A stretch of 64,000 nt of DNA from Victivallales bacterium (lineage in GTDB: Bacteria > Verrucomicrobiota > Lentisphaeria > Victivallales > UBA1829). A program made the translations under genes and the position numbers. This document shows positions 49,465-59,422 of the stretch, piece after piece (position 1 is the first letter of the stretch; every line of letters begins with the position of its first letter). Location: assembly GCA_045639325.1 (NCBI GenBank), contig JAZUCU010000024.1, positions 4,737 to 68,736 on the forward strand, in the 5' to 3' direction. A model generated the notes under the pieces. The model was not told where the DNA came from, ran no database searches, and saw only the letters and a list, made by a program, of their open reading frames with translations.

Positions 49465-51195
49465 ATGAAAATGTCGCAGATGGCCGGTCGCCGGCTAAAA
49501 GAAGATCCGAAAGATGCAAAGACGGTAAGTCACAAATTTCTGATCCGCGGGGGGTACATCCGCCCTGTATCCGCAGGTATTTATTCTCTTTTACCGATTG
49601 CAAAAAGAATCACCACAAAAATCGAATCCATTATCCGGGAAGAAATGAACGCTATTGATGGACAGGAAGTTATGATGCCTGTCGTTCTCCCCGGTGAACT
49701 CTGGGAAGAATCCGGACGTTATGACTCTGTCGGTCAGGAATTGCTCCGTTTCAAAGACCGCAACAATAAATCCATGTTGCTGGGGATGACACACGAAGAA
49801 GCAGCCGTTGCTTTGGTTCGTACCGAAGTCAACAGCTATAAACAGCTTCCGATGATGATCTATCAGATCCAGACCAAGTACCGCGACGAAGCCCGTCCGC
49901 GTGCCGGTCTGATCCGTGTCCGTGAATTCACCATGAAAGATGCTTACAGTTTTCATGCAGATCAGGCATCTTTGGATGAATATTACGAAAAAGCGCACAA
50001 AGCTTACGAACGTATTTATAAACGTGTTGGTTTGAAAAATGTTGTATCCATTCTCTCCAACTCCGGCATGATGGGCGGCAGCATTTCTCACGAATTCATG
50101 CTGCTGGCTGATTGCGGGGAAGACAGCATCTTCCTTTCTCCGGACGGCGTCAGCTACAAAGCCAACCGCGAAGTTGCGGTTTCCGGTTTGAAATTTGAAA
50201 AATCCGGCGAAGAAGGCGCACTGGAAAAAGTGCATACTCCCGGACATAAGACCATTGAAGAAGTTGCCACATTCCTGAACGTGAAAGCTGAAAATACTGG
50301 TAAAGCAGTCTTTTATTCCGATGCAGAAGGCAATCTGATTTTTGCATTGATCCGTGGTGACTTTGAAGTGAACGAAAGCAAACTCAAGAGCATCCTCGGT
50401 ATTTCCGAATTGAATTTTGCCAATGACGAACAGATCCGTGCAGCAGGCGCCGTCCCCGGCTATGCTTCCCCTGTTGGTTTGGATCAGAAGAAGATCCGTC
50501 TGGTGATCGACCCCTCCGCTGCCAACACATCCAACCTGGTTGTTGGTGCGAACGAAGCGGATTATCACTACATCAACTTCAATTACGGCAGAGATTTGGA
50601 AGGCGGCATTGTCGCTGACATTGCCTGTGTCCGCGAAGGTGACCCGTGCCCTGTAACGGGTGAACCCCTTGTGTTCAAGCATGGTATCGAAATCGGTAAT
50701 ATCTTCCAACTCGGTACGAAATACTCTGAACCGATGAATTGCTGCTTCCTGGACAAGGACGGCAAGAATCAGGTTATGATCATGGGCTGCTATGGTATCG
50801 GTGTCGGCAGAACAATGGCATCTGTCATTGAAGATTCTCACGACGAATACGGCCCGATCTGGCCGGTCAGCATTGCACCGTGGCAGGTACAGGTCTGTGC
50901 ATTACTGCCGAATAAAGAAGGTGTCGGGGAAGCTTCTGAAAAACTTGTTAAGGAATTGGAAGATAAAGGTATTGAAGTATTGTATGATGATCGCGGTGAA
51001 AAAGCCGGGTTCATGTTCAGCGATGCCGACCTTATCGGTATTCCGTTCCGTGCAGTCGTTTCACCGAAGAGCCTTGCGGAAGGAAAAGTTGAATTCCGCC
51101 TGCGCGGCAGCCGTGACATGGAAATGCTGCCCATCGAAACTGCTGCAGAAGAAATTGCAGCCCGCGTGAAAAAAGCGCTTGAAGAAATGAAATAA
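49465..51195 (+). CDS. proS: Proline--tRNA ligase (bacterial type with INS editing domain)
   Basis: GMTHEE, KYRDEARPRAGLIRVREFTMKDAYSF, GIEIGNIFQLGTKYS, MGCYGIGVGR. Confidence 0.98.
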   Translation: MKMSQMAGRRLKEDPKDAKTVSHKFLIRGGYIRPVSAGIYSLLPIAKRITTKIESIIREEMNAIDGQEVMMPVVLPGELWEESGRYDSVGQELLRFKDRNNKSMLLGMTHEEAAVALVRTEVNSYKQLPMMIYQIQTKYRDEARPRAGLIRVREFTMKDAYSFHADQASLDEYYEKAHKAYERIYKRVGLKNVVSILSNSGMMGGSISHEFMLLADCGEDSIFLSPDGVSYKANREVAVSGLKFEKSGEEGALEKVHTPGHKTIEEVATFLNVKAENTGKAVFYSDAEGNLIFALIRGDFEVNESKLKSILGISELNFANDEQIRAAGAVPGYASPVGLDQKKIRLVIDPSAANTSNLVVGANEADYHYINFNYGRDLEGGIVADIACVREGDPCPVTGEPLVFKHGIEIGNIFQLGTKYSEPMNCCFLDKDGKNQVMIMGCYGIGVGRTMASVIEDSHDEYGPIWPVSIAPWQVQVCALLPNKEGVGEASEKLVKELEDKGIEVLYDDRGEKAGFMFSDADLIGIPFRAVVSPKSLAEGKVEFRLRGSRDMEMLPIETAAEEIAARVKKALEEMK

Positions 51196-51217
51196 TTAGA
51201 CCGGGATTTGATGTATT

Positions 51218-53512
51218 ATGGAAAACCAGCTTCAACAAATCGGACGTCGTATTAAAGAAGCACGTACTGTGCTCGATATTACAGTCGAAGAAATGGCAAA
51301 GCTTCATAATCTTACTGAAGCAGAATATTTGAAACATGAAAATGGCGAAGTGGACTCCACTTACATGTTCTTCAACCGTTGTGCAAAACGGTTCAACATG
51401 GATTTGGGTGCCCTGATTACCGGGCAGTCTCCCCATCTTTCGTTTTATACGGTAACACGCAAAGGCAATGGTATGCCCATTTGCCGCCGTGAAGGATTCG
51501 ATTATTTGCACAAAGCGGTGCAGATGAAAAACCGTCAGGCAGAACCGTTCCTTATGAATGCGCGCCGTCAGGATGAAAATGCCCCGATTCCGCTGACAAC
51601 TCATGCCGGACAGGAATTTGACTACATTCTCAAAGGAACATTGAAATGTCAATTTGAAGATAAAGTGGAAATTCTGCAGCCGGGTGACAGCGTGTATTAT
51701 GATTCCGGACATCCTCATGGAATGATTGCAATCGGCGATGAAGATTGTGAATTTATTGCGGTTGTCATCAAGAATCAGGATGGTGAAATTCTGGATTGGA
51801 CACCCCACACCATTGATCAGACAGAAGTCTCTTCTTCTGTAGATCAGTCTCCTGCAACGGAACGTCTGTATAAGAAATATCTCCATGAAACAGTGGAAAA
51901 CGGTTTGATCAAAGATGTATCCTTTACGGTTCCGGAAAACTTCAACTTTGCTTATGACGTGATCGATGCGATTGCGCAGAAGAATCCGTTGAAACGTGCT
52001 ATGCGTTGGATTTCCGACAAACACGAAGTGCGTGACTTTACATTTACCGACATTTCCCGTCTTTCCCAGAAAGCTGCCAACTATTTTACAGCTCTCGGCG
52101 TGAAAAAAGGCGATCGCGTCATGTTGATCCTGAAACGTCATTATCAGTTCTGGATTGCATTGCCCGCATTGCATCGTATCGGTGCTGTTGCTGTTACTGC
52201 CACATCTCAGCTGTTGACCAAAGACATTGTTTACCGTTTCCAAAGTGCCGGTGTGAAATACATCATTGCAACTCCGGATGATGATATTCCGCAGTGTGTG
52301 GAAGAAGCGGCTGCGCAGTGCCCGGAATTGGAATGTAAGATCATTGTCAACGGCGATCGGGAAGGGTGGCACAGTTTCGACCGGGATATTGAATTGTACA
52401 GCGATGTATACAAACGTCCGGAAGATCACAAAGTGACAGACCCGATGCTGTTGTACTTCAGCTCCGGCACAAGCGGATATCCGAAAATGGTTCTCCATAA
52501 TTATTCTTATCCGATCGGGCATATCATGACCGCCCGTTGGTGGCAGAATACCCATTGTGACGATGAAGGATTGCATTTCACCATTTCCGATACCGGTTGG
52601 GCAAAAGCTGCATGGGGTAAAATTTACGGTCAGTGGCTTTGTGAAAGCGCAATTCTGGTATATGACTTCCGCCGGTTCCAGCCTGCGGATATCCTGCCCA
52701 TGTTCAAGGAACACAATATTACCACATTCTGTGCTCCGCCGACCATGTATCGTTTCTTTATCAAAGAAGACTTGAGCAAATATGATTTCTCAAGTGTGAA
52801 ATATGCGGCAACTGCCGGGGAAGCTTTGAATGCAGAAGTGTATCAGCAGTTCTATAATGCGACCGGCTTGAGTATTATGGAAGGTTTCGGTCAGACGGAA
52901 TCCACTCTGCTGCTTGGTAACTTTATCGGTACTACACCGAGACCCGGTTCTATGGGTAAACCCTCTCCCCAGTTCAAAATTGCTTTGATGGATGCAGACG
53001 GCAACTTGGTTCCTGCCGGTGAAGTCGGCGAAATCGTAATCAAGGCGGAACGGAATGAAGTTCCCGGTCTCTTCCAGGGATATTTCAGAGCCGAAGATAA
53101 AACCGCAGAAGTCTGGCATGATGGCTATTATCACACCGGCGATACTGCATGGAGCGATGAAGACGGTTATTACTGGTATGTCGGCCGTGTGGACGACGTG
53201 ATCAAATCTTCCGGTTATCGTATCGGACCGTTTGAAATCGAAAGCGTGCTGATGGAACTGCCTTATGTTCTGGAATGTGCTGTAACCGGCGCACCGGACC
53301 CCGTCCGCGGACAGGTTGTCAAGGCATCTATCGTTCTCACAAAGAACACGGTCGGTACCGAAGAGTTGAAGAAAGAAATTCAGGAATACGTCAAGACCCA
53401 TACTGCGCCTTACAAATATCCGCGTATTGTTGACTTCCTGGATGAATTGCCGAAAACAGCCAGCGGCAAGATCCGCCGTGTTGCGATTCGTGAACAGAGT
53501 CAGAAGAAATAA
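51218..53512 (+). CDS. XRE-HTH/cupin regulator fused to an acyl-CoA synthetase (AMP-binding)
   Basis: N-terminal IGRRIKEAR...ENG HTH and HAGQEFDY...YYDSGHPHGM cupin; then NFNFAYDV, YFSSGTSGYPK, EGFGQTE, YHTGD, LPKTASGKI. Confidence 0.92.
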   Translation: MENQLQQIGRRIKEARTVLDITVEEMAKLHNLTEAEYLKHENGEVDSTYMFFNRCAKRFNMDLGALITGQSPHLSFYTVTRKGNGMPICRREGFDYLHKAVQMKNRQAEPFLMNARRQDENAPIPLTTHAGQEFDYILKGTLKCQFEDKVEILQPGDSVYYDSGHPHGMIAIGDEDCEFIAVVIKNQDGEILDWTPHTIDQTEVSSSVDQSPATERLYKKYLHETVENGLIKDVSFTVPENFNFAYDVIDAIAQKNPLKRAMRWISDKHEVRDFTFTDISRLSQKAANYFTALGVKKGDRVMLILKRHYQFWIALPALHRIGAVAVTATSQLLTKDIVYRFQSAGVKYIIATPDDDIPQCVEEAAAQCPELECKIIVNGDREGWHSFDRDIELYSDVYKRPEDHKVTDPMLLYFSSGTSGYPKMVLHNYSYPIGHIMTARWWQNTHCDDEGLHFTISDTGWAKAAWGKIYGQWLCESAILVYDFRRFQPADILPMFKEHNITTFCAPPTMYRFFIKEDLSKYDFSSVKYAATAGEALNAEVYQQFYNATGLSIMEGFGQTESTLLLGNFIGTTPRPGSMGKPSPQFKIALMDADGNLVPAGEVGEIVIKAERNEVPGLFQGYFRAEDKTAEVWHDGYYHTGDTAWSDEDGYYWYVGRVDDVIKSSGYRIGPFEIESVLMELPYVLECAVTGAPDPVRGQVVKASIVLTKNTVGTEELKKEIQEYVKTHTAPYKYPRIVDFLDELPKTASGKIRRVAIREQSQKK

Positions 53513-53533
53513 TTTGATCAGATAAAGGAACGC

Positions 53534-54346
53534 GTGGAGATGTCAGACGTTACATATACATTTATCGGTGCCGGGAAGATGGCAACCGCAATAGCAATGG
53601 GTATGGTGAAAAGCGGGATCAATCCTGCCTCCATCCGTGCGTATGATGTATCGGATGCGGCATCCGGCGCGTTCCGTACCGCAACCGGTGCATGTGTGTG
53701 TGCCAGTATGGAAGAAGCACTTGCCGGTGCGGATACTGTAATTCTTGCAGTTAAACCCCAATATGCATCGGAAGCGTTGTCCGAAGCCAAACCGTTTCTC
53801 AATGGCAAATTATTGATTTCCATTGCTGCCGGTTTGACCATCTCTTTTCTCCAGACTGCATCCGGACTTGACCGCGTGATCCGTGTCATGCCCAACACGC
53901 CCGCCCTTGCTTTGGCAGGGATGAGCTGTTATGCCGGAGCAAAGGGAATTTCCGGCGATGATCTTGCGATTGCAGAAAAAATTCTTTCATCCGTTGGCGT
54001 TGCCCGTAAAGTGACGGAAAGTCAACTGGATGCCGTGACCGGTTTGAGCGGCAGCGGGCCTGCCTTTGTAATGGAATTCATCATGGCGTTGGCAGATGGC
54101 GGTGTTTACAGCGGTCTGCCCCGTGATGTTGCATTGCAGATGGCATTGCAGACGGTCTATGGTACCGCCAAGATGTGTCAGGAAAGTTCCTTGAGCATCG
54201 GTGAATTACGCGATGCTGTGATTTCTCCTGCCGGTACTACCGCGGAAGGCATTCTTGTATTGCAGAAAGGTTCCTTCAAAGGAACGGCTGCTGCTGCAGT
54301 GATCGCCGCTGCAGAACGTTCCCGCGAGTTGGGCAAGGGAAAATAA
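53534..54346 (+). CDS. proC: Pyrroline-5-carboxylate reductase
   Basis: FIGAGKMA, LAVKPQ, ISIAAG, RVMPNTP, TGLSGSGPA, SPAGTT. Confidence 0.97.
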   Translation: MEMSDVTYTFIGAGKMATAIAMGMVKSGINPASIRAYDVSDAASGAFRTATGACVCASMEEALAGADTVILAVKPQYASEALSEAKPFLNGKLLISIAAGLTISFLQTASGLDRVIRVMPNTPALALAGMSCYAGAKGISGDDLAIAEKILSSVGVARKVTESQLDAVTGLSGSGPAFVMEFIMALADGGVYSGLPRDVALQMALQTVYGTAKMCQESSLSIGELRDAVISPAGTTAEGILVLQKGSFKGTAAAAVIAAAERSRELGKGK

Positions 54347-54350
54347 AATT

Positions 54351-55151
54351 ATGACACCGTATTTTCGCGGACTTCAGTTTGTGACATACGGCAATGTGCC
54401 TGATTACAGCGGAAAATGTGCAAAATATTTTGCCGGATATTATGGCATACAATATTCCCACAGCGGCAGTTTTTATCTGGCATTAGACCATAAAGAACCG
54501 GTGTTTTATCGTGGTCCTCACGCTTTCTTTACGTATCCCGGACCTTATTTTGAATATGGAAGTACGGAAAGCCGTCATCATGTTTTCTGTTGTTTTCAGG
54601 GAGAACGTGTTGAGCGTTTTCTGAAAGAAAAGTTATTGATTCCCGATCCGGGAAATCCGGTGATTCCCATTACCCGTCCAGAACATTTCTATGCCACTAT
54701 GCAGGCATTGCAATCTGTGCTGCGACATTCTTTTTCCAATGAGACACCCGCCCGTGCGGTTCTGCTTCTGGAAGATTTGCTTTTGCAGATGCAGGAACAA
54801 CCCGTATTCCCGGATACGGAACAGCATTTATATCATCCTTTGCAAAAACTGGCGGAAGAAATCCGGCGTAATCCCCAGCTGGATTGGGATATGGAAAAAG
54901 AAGCGCAGAATATTGGTATTTCTGTGGCATATCTGCGGAAACTCTTTACCGTGTATTTTAATTGTGCGCCGCATAATTATATTCTGGAATGTCGTATCCA
55001 ACGGGCAACTGACCTGCTGTTATATCAAAAAATCTCCATTGTAAATGTGGCGGAGCAGGCGGGATTTCAGGATCCTTATTATTTCTCCCGCATATTCAAG
55101 AAACGCAAAGGTCTTTCACCCTTGCGTTTCCGGGCTGTATTTGCGCCCTGA
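54351..55151 (+). CDS. AraC family transcriptional regulator
   Basis: VAEQAGFQDPYYFSRIFKKRKGLSPLRFR. Confidence 0.92.
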   Translation: MTPYFRGLQFVTYGNVPDYSGKCAKYFAGYYGIQYSHSGSFYLALDHKEPVFYRGPHAFFTYPGPYFEYGSTESRHHVFCCFQGERVERFLKEKLLIPDPGNPVIPITRPEHFYATMQALQSVLRHSFSNETPARAVLLLEDLLLQMQEQPVFPDTEQHLYHPLQKLAEEIRRNPQLDWDMEKEAQNIGISVAYLRKLFTVYFNCAPHNYILECRIQRATDLLLYQKISIVNVAEQAGFQDPYYFSRIFKKRKGLSPLRFRAVFAP

Positions 55152-57140
55152 TTATCGATTCATCAATTCCAGAATTTTTGCTTTGAACGGACTGGTATAA
55201 AAATTCCCCAGATGTCCGCCGTTACTGAACCAGGTGATCCGGTTACCGAGGGTGTCAGTCAGGAATTGTTTATCCGCATCATTGATCAGAAAATCATCCC
55301 AGGTGTGAATGACCTGAATCTTTTTATTGGTGCGTAACGTATTCTCGATACTGCGGAGGGATGCCTTTTTGACCAATGATTCATACGGGGCAGGGAAGAA
55401 AGTGGCATATTGCCGGAATTTGAGATTGTCGAGTTCTTCCAACAGTGCGATCCTATTTTCCGGTTTTGTATTGTTTTGAATGCCGGGGAGAGGTTTTTGC
55501 AAATGTTTGTGCAGAAGCAAATCCCGGATTGTCAACCGGAATATGGCGGCGATCATGTACTTCGCCTGATCTTCAGTGATGTCGATACGTCGGAACACAG
55601 AGCCTTCCGCAGGCAAGTGTTTTGCATTGTTAATGCCGAGTAGGGAAGTGATGGTGTTGAGGGCATTTTTCTTTGCTTCATCCTTATTCCATTTAAGGGA
55701 AACCTGAGCAAAGGAATCGACCTGTTGAATGGCGTATCCCAAGTCAACGGGCGGAGCAATTGCCAGGTATTGTGTTGCATTGAGTTTCGGCTCTTTCTGT
55801 TCCAAATCTGCCAGGAATAAGGTATGAAGTGCGCCAAAGGACCAACCGGTGAAGGCAATTTCTGATTCGTCGGGAATCAGAAAGGATTGTTTCAGATTTT
55901 TTACAATGGAATGAAAAAGATTCTGCATGTACTTTACATCATCCGGTGCGCAGCCGGGGAGGGCGTTATTGCATACCCGTTCCGAAAATTCGGGTACGAA
56001 TGCGCTGTCCGTAATGACCACATGGCACCCCTGTTTCCAGTACATTTCAGCGAGAGCCATCGGGGTACTGCCTTCTTTTCTTGTCCCGATACCGGGAAGA
56101 ATGAAGACGAGGCGGGGCTTTTTGAGTTTGATTCCATCGGGATCCGGTGCGCGGAAAAAGTAATTATAAGGCTTTTTGTCATGAATTTGAATCTGAAGTT
56201 TTTCACAGTTTTTATCAAAGTCACGATTGAAACAGGAAAGACGCATCCACCAGAAATCATCCCGTTGCTCGGGACGGAAATAAAGAACTCGGAAAGTATC
56301 AATCAGGGATCCCTGCGGATAATAATTTTTCAGCTGAATTGCATTTTTCGGCAATGATTGATCGGGTTTTTGCTGCGGAACAACCGGAGGTGGTGATTTG
56401 AACTTCTCAAGCAAAGCATTGGCTGCTTTGTATGCCATAAGGTCATTGATCATTTTTCTCCGTGCAATCATGATCGCGCGGTAAATGTGATAACGGTCGG
56501 ATGCATTTGACATGGCAGCAGCGTATTGATCTTCCGCAACAATAATCCGGTTGAGGACGGTCCAGGAGGAATAGGGGATGTAAGTCCGTCCGTCAAACGC
56601 ATAATCGAAAATTGCACCTGCGCCATCGCGGACATTGACAAAGGAACAGAACGGGAACATGAATGTACATCCGGGATCAATGCCCCAAACAGCGAACATG
56701 CGCCCGAAATCGGAATCGGTACTGTAAATATGGAACCAGTGTTTTGCGGGATCGAACATGCCGCCGATCCCGATGGTTGAGTTGATCAGAAAACGGAGTG
56801 TTTCATCCAACGCTCCGCCCCATTCGGCTGTCCCGAGGCAGGTAATTGCTTTGCGCGGAAATTCCAGATTGCAGCACATGTTTTCAATAATCTCAATCAA
56901 AGGGCGGGGAATGATGGTGGTATATCCGATCCCGATCGGGCGGACGACATACCGCATCACGCCGTCATTGAATGTAAAAATGGCTCTGTTCCAGCCGCTG
57001 ATGGGATCTGCTCCGCCGAATTCCCTTTCGAAACGGGTAATGGACCATACTTTATCCGGTTGAGTTTGATTGTGATCGGAATCTGCAAATGCGAAACAGT
57101 TGCATAGAAACAGAAAAGAAAGCAAAACGATTTTTTTCAT
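55152..57140 (-). CDS. MlaA/VacJ-like domain fused to an alpha/beta hydrolase
   Basis: DP..GWNRAIF.FND, RFLINSTIGIGGMFDPA, DFG..FAVWG, NVRD (MlaA); C-terminal LPGIG, GWSFGA, DDFL, GGHLG. Confidence 0.85.
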   Translation of the reverse strand: MKKIVLLSFLFLCNCFAFADSDHNQTQPDKVWSITRFEREFGGADPISGWNRAIFTFNDGVMRYVVRPIGIGYTTIIPRPLIEIIENMCCNLEFPRKAITCLGTAEWGGALDETLRFLINSTIGIGGMFDPAKHWFHIYSTDSDFGRMFAVWGIDPGCTFMFPFCSFVNVRDGAGAIFDYAFDGRTYIPYSSWTVLNRIIVAEDQYAAAMSNASDRYHIYRAIMIARRKMINDLMAYKAANALLEKFKSPPPVVPQQKPDQSLPKNAIQLKNYYPQGSLIDTFRVLYFRPEQRDDFWWMRLSCFNRDFDKNCEKLQIQIHDKKPYNYFFRAPDPDGIKLKKPRLVFILPGIGTRKEGSTPMALAEMYWKQGCHVVITDSAFVPEFSERVCNNALPGCAPDDVKYMQNLFHSIVKNLKQSFLIPDESEIAFTGWSFGALHTLFLADLEQKEPKLNATQYLAIAPPVDLGYAIQQVDSFAQVSLKWNKDEAKKNALNTITSLLGINNAKHLPAEGSVFRRIDITEDQAKYMIAAIFRLTIRDLLLHKHLQKPLPGIQNNTKPENRIALLEELDNLKFRQYATFFPAPYESLVKKASLRSIENTLRTNKKIQVIHTWDDFLINDADKQFLTDTLGNRITWFSNGGHLGNFYTSPFKAKILELMNR

Positions 57141-57286
57141 GGTATGACTCCTTTAACTCATATTCAATTGGTTGAATATACACCTCAGCAGGAAAAAATC
57201 AAGATTTTTTTTATAACGGGATTGCATTTTTTGAAAAAAGAAGTCATATTACAGATAACGATCAACGTAAAAGGAGGAGGAGTATT

Positions 57287-58033
57287 ATGAAAAGTCATCG
57301 TTTTACAGATTTGCCGGGGGAAGAAGAAAGCAGTTCCGAAAATCAGGTTCGTATTCCGGAAGATGCCGACCGTGTTTTTATGGGACGCATTTATAACTGG
57401 ATGGCAGGCGGTCTGGTAATAACCGGGTTGACTGCATGGAAAATTTCCGCAATGATGCTTGATCCGGCATCCATATTCAACCGTTTACCGGGGATATTTC
57501 TGATTTTATTGATTCTGGAAATTATCCTTGTCGGAGCCCTGAGTGCGTTGATTCAGAAAATTTCACCGTTGCTTGCGGCATTGCTGTTCTGTTTCTTTGC
57601 TGTAATGAATGGAATGAGCTTGGCACCCCTGTTTCTGTTTTACACCTCAGCCAGCATAGCGTCCGCATTTTTTGCCTGCGCCGGAATGTTTTTTGTGACG
57701 AGTCTGTTTGGATATATGACAAAAATCGATCTTGGGCGTGCCGGTGCATTTTGTGTGATGGGCGTCTTCGGGTTGATCATCGCCACGTTAATCAATCTGT
57801 TCCTGAATAATTCTCTGATGGAAACAATCATCTGTTATGTGGGGATCATCCTGTTTCTGGGGTTGACTGCGTGGGATACGCAACGGCTGCGCTTGATGAT
57901 GGAAAATCTCGCTTCTGATGGTGTAAGTGAAGAAGAGACGAAGAAATATGCCATAGTCGGTGCGTTGGCTTTGTACCTTGACTTTATCAATATTTTTCTT
58001 TTTCTTCTGCGATTGACCGGAAAAAGGGATTAA
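57287..58033 (+). CDS. Bax inhibitor-1/YccA family membrane protein
   Basis: FMGRIYNWM, YTSASI, LTAWDTQRL, GALALYLDFINIF. Confidence 0.92.
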   Translation: MKSHRFTDLPGEEESSSENQVRIPEDADRVFMGRIYNWMAGGLVITGLTAWKISAMMLDPASIFNRLPGIFLILLILEIILVGALSALIQKISPLLAALLFCFFAVMNGMSLAPLFLFYTSASIASAFFACAGMFFVTSLFGYMTKIDLGRAGAFCVMGVFGLIIATLINLFLNNSLMETIICYVGIILFLGLTAWDTQRLRLMMENLASDGVSEEETKKYAIVGALALYLDFINIFLFLLRLTGKRD

Positions 58034-58180
58034 TAATGAAAAAAAAGGACGTTTTTCTGTAAAAAAAACTTGAAATTCTGCATAAATGGAGTATTGTATC
58101 CGCCAGAGAGTTAAAATAAACATAAACACGGACAGGTGCATATTTGTACCTGACTGAAAGACAGGATAGGTTTTTTTGTT

Positions 58181-59422
58181 ATGGCAAAACGCAAAGTAGT
58201 GATTACCGGTCGTGGTCTGATCTCTCCTTTAGGGAATGGTTTGGCCGCTAATCTTGAAAGCTTGAAAAACGGAAAAAGCGGTATTTCCTTTATGCCGGAA
58301 TGGCAGGAGCTGGGATTGGACAGCCTGGTTGCCGGATGCGTGCAAATGCCCGAAGAATGTCCTGCGTTCGACCGTAAACAGTTGCGCTTCATGCCCCGTA
58401 ATGCTCAGATGGCTGTTGCCGCTGCTTACGAAGCAATTACGGAAGCCGGTTATACAATGGAAACCTTGCCCGGCGATCGAATGGCCGTTGTCAACGGTTG
58501 TGCAGGCAGTACTTATAAAGAAGTATGCAATACGACTGCACAGTATTTTGAAACGCGCAATCTCCGCAGAGTTTCCGCTTTCAGTGTTCCCCGCGTTATG
58601 CCTTCTTCTGCGGTATCCAGTCTCTCTCTTGTTTACAAAATCTTAGGTGAAAGTTATGATATCAGCTGTGCCTGTACCAGCAGTGCTCTCTCTCTGATTT
58701 CCGCAGCCCGTCTGATCCAGTCCGGTGAATATGATATTGTAATGGCAGGTGGCTCGGAAGAAGTCTCCTGGCAGCAGTCCCTCGGCTTTAATGCAATGAA
58801 AGCGTTGTCTCATTCCTACAATGATGCACCGGAAACCGCATGTCGTCCGTTCGATGTTACCCGTGATGGTTTTGTGATTGCTGAAGCAGCAGCAATCCTG
58901 ATACTTGAAAGCGAAGAACATGCCAAAGCCCGCGGTGCCCGGATCATCTGTGACTTCTCCGGTTTTGCATGCAACAGTAACGGTGTTGATATGGTTGCTC
59001 CCAATGTGGAATCCAGCACAGCCGTGATTGGCGCAGCAATCCGCAATGCAGGTTTGACACCTGCTGATATCGGTTACATCAATACACACGGAACCAGTAC
59101 CGGTATTGGTGACCCGGTTGAAATTCAGGCTATCCAGCGTTTGTTTGGCGAAGCAAATCCGTCTGTCGCCATCAACAGTACAAAATCACAGACCGGTCAT
59201 ACCATCGGTGCAGCCGGTGCATTGGAAGCCATCTTTACAACGATGATGATGGAACATTCTTTTGTTTCCGGTACACTGAACTTGAATACACCGGATGAAG
59301 CCGCTGCCTGGGCAAATCTGATCCGCAAGACGCAGGATTATTCTTTTGATCATGCTTTGAGCAACAGTTTCGGCTTCGGCGGTGCCAATGCATCTCTGAT
59401 CCTTTCACGGCATAAAGACTGA
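58181..59422 (+). CDS. Beta-ketoacyl-ACP synthase (FabB/FabF family)
   Basis: VVITG, SCACTSS (catalytic Cys), RPFD..RDGFV, INTHGTST, KSQTGH, SNSFGFGG. Confidence 0.95.
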   Translation: MAKRKVVITGRGLISPLGNGLAANLESLKNGKSGISFMPEWQELGLDSLVAGCVQMPEECPAFDRKQLRFMPRNAQMAVAAAYEAITEAGYTMETLPGDRMAVVNGCAGSTYKEVCNTTAQYFETRNLRRVSAFSVPRVMPSSAVSSLSLVYKILGESYDISCACTSSALSLISAARLIQSGEYDIVMAGGSEEVSWQQSLGFNAMKALSHSYNDAPETACRPFDVTRDGFVIAEAAAILILESEEHAKARGARIICDFSGFACNSNGVDMVAPNVESSTAVIGAAIRNAGLTPADIGYINTHGTSTGIGDPVEIQAIQRLFGEANPSVAINSTKSQTGHTIGAAGALEAIFTTMMMEHSFVSGTLNLNTPDEAAAWANLIRKTQDYSFDHALSNSFGFGGANASLILSRHKD

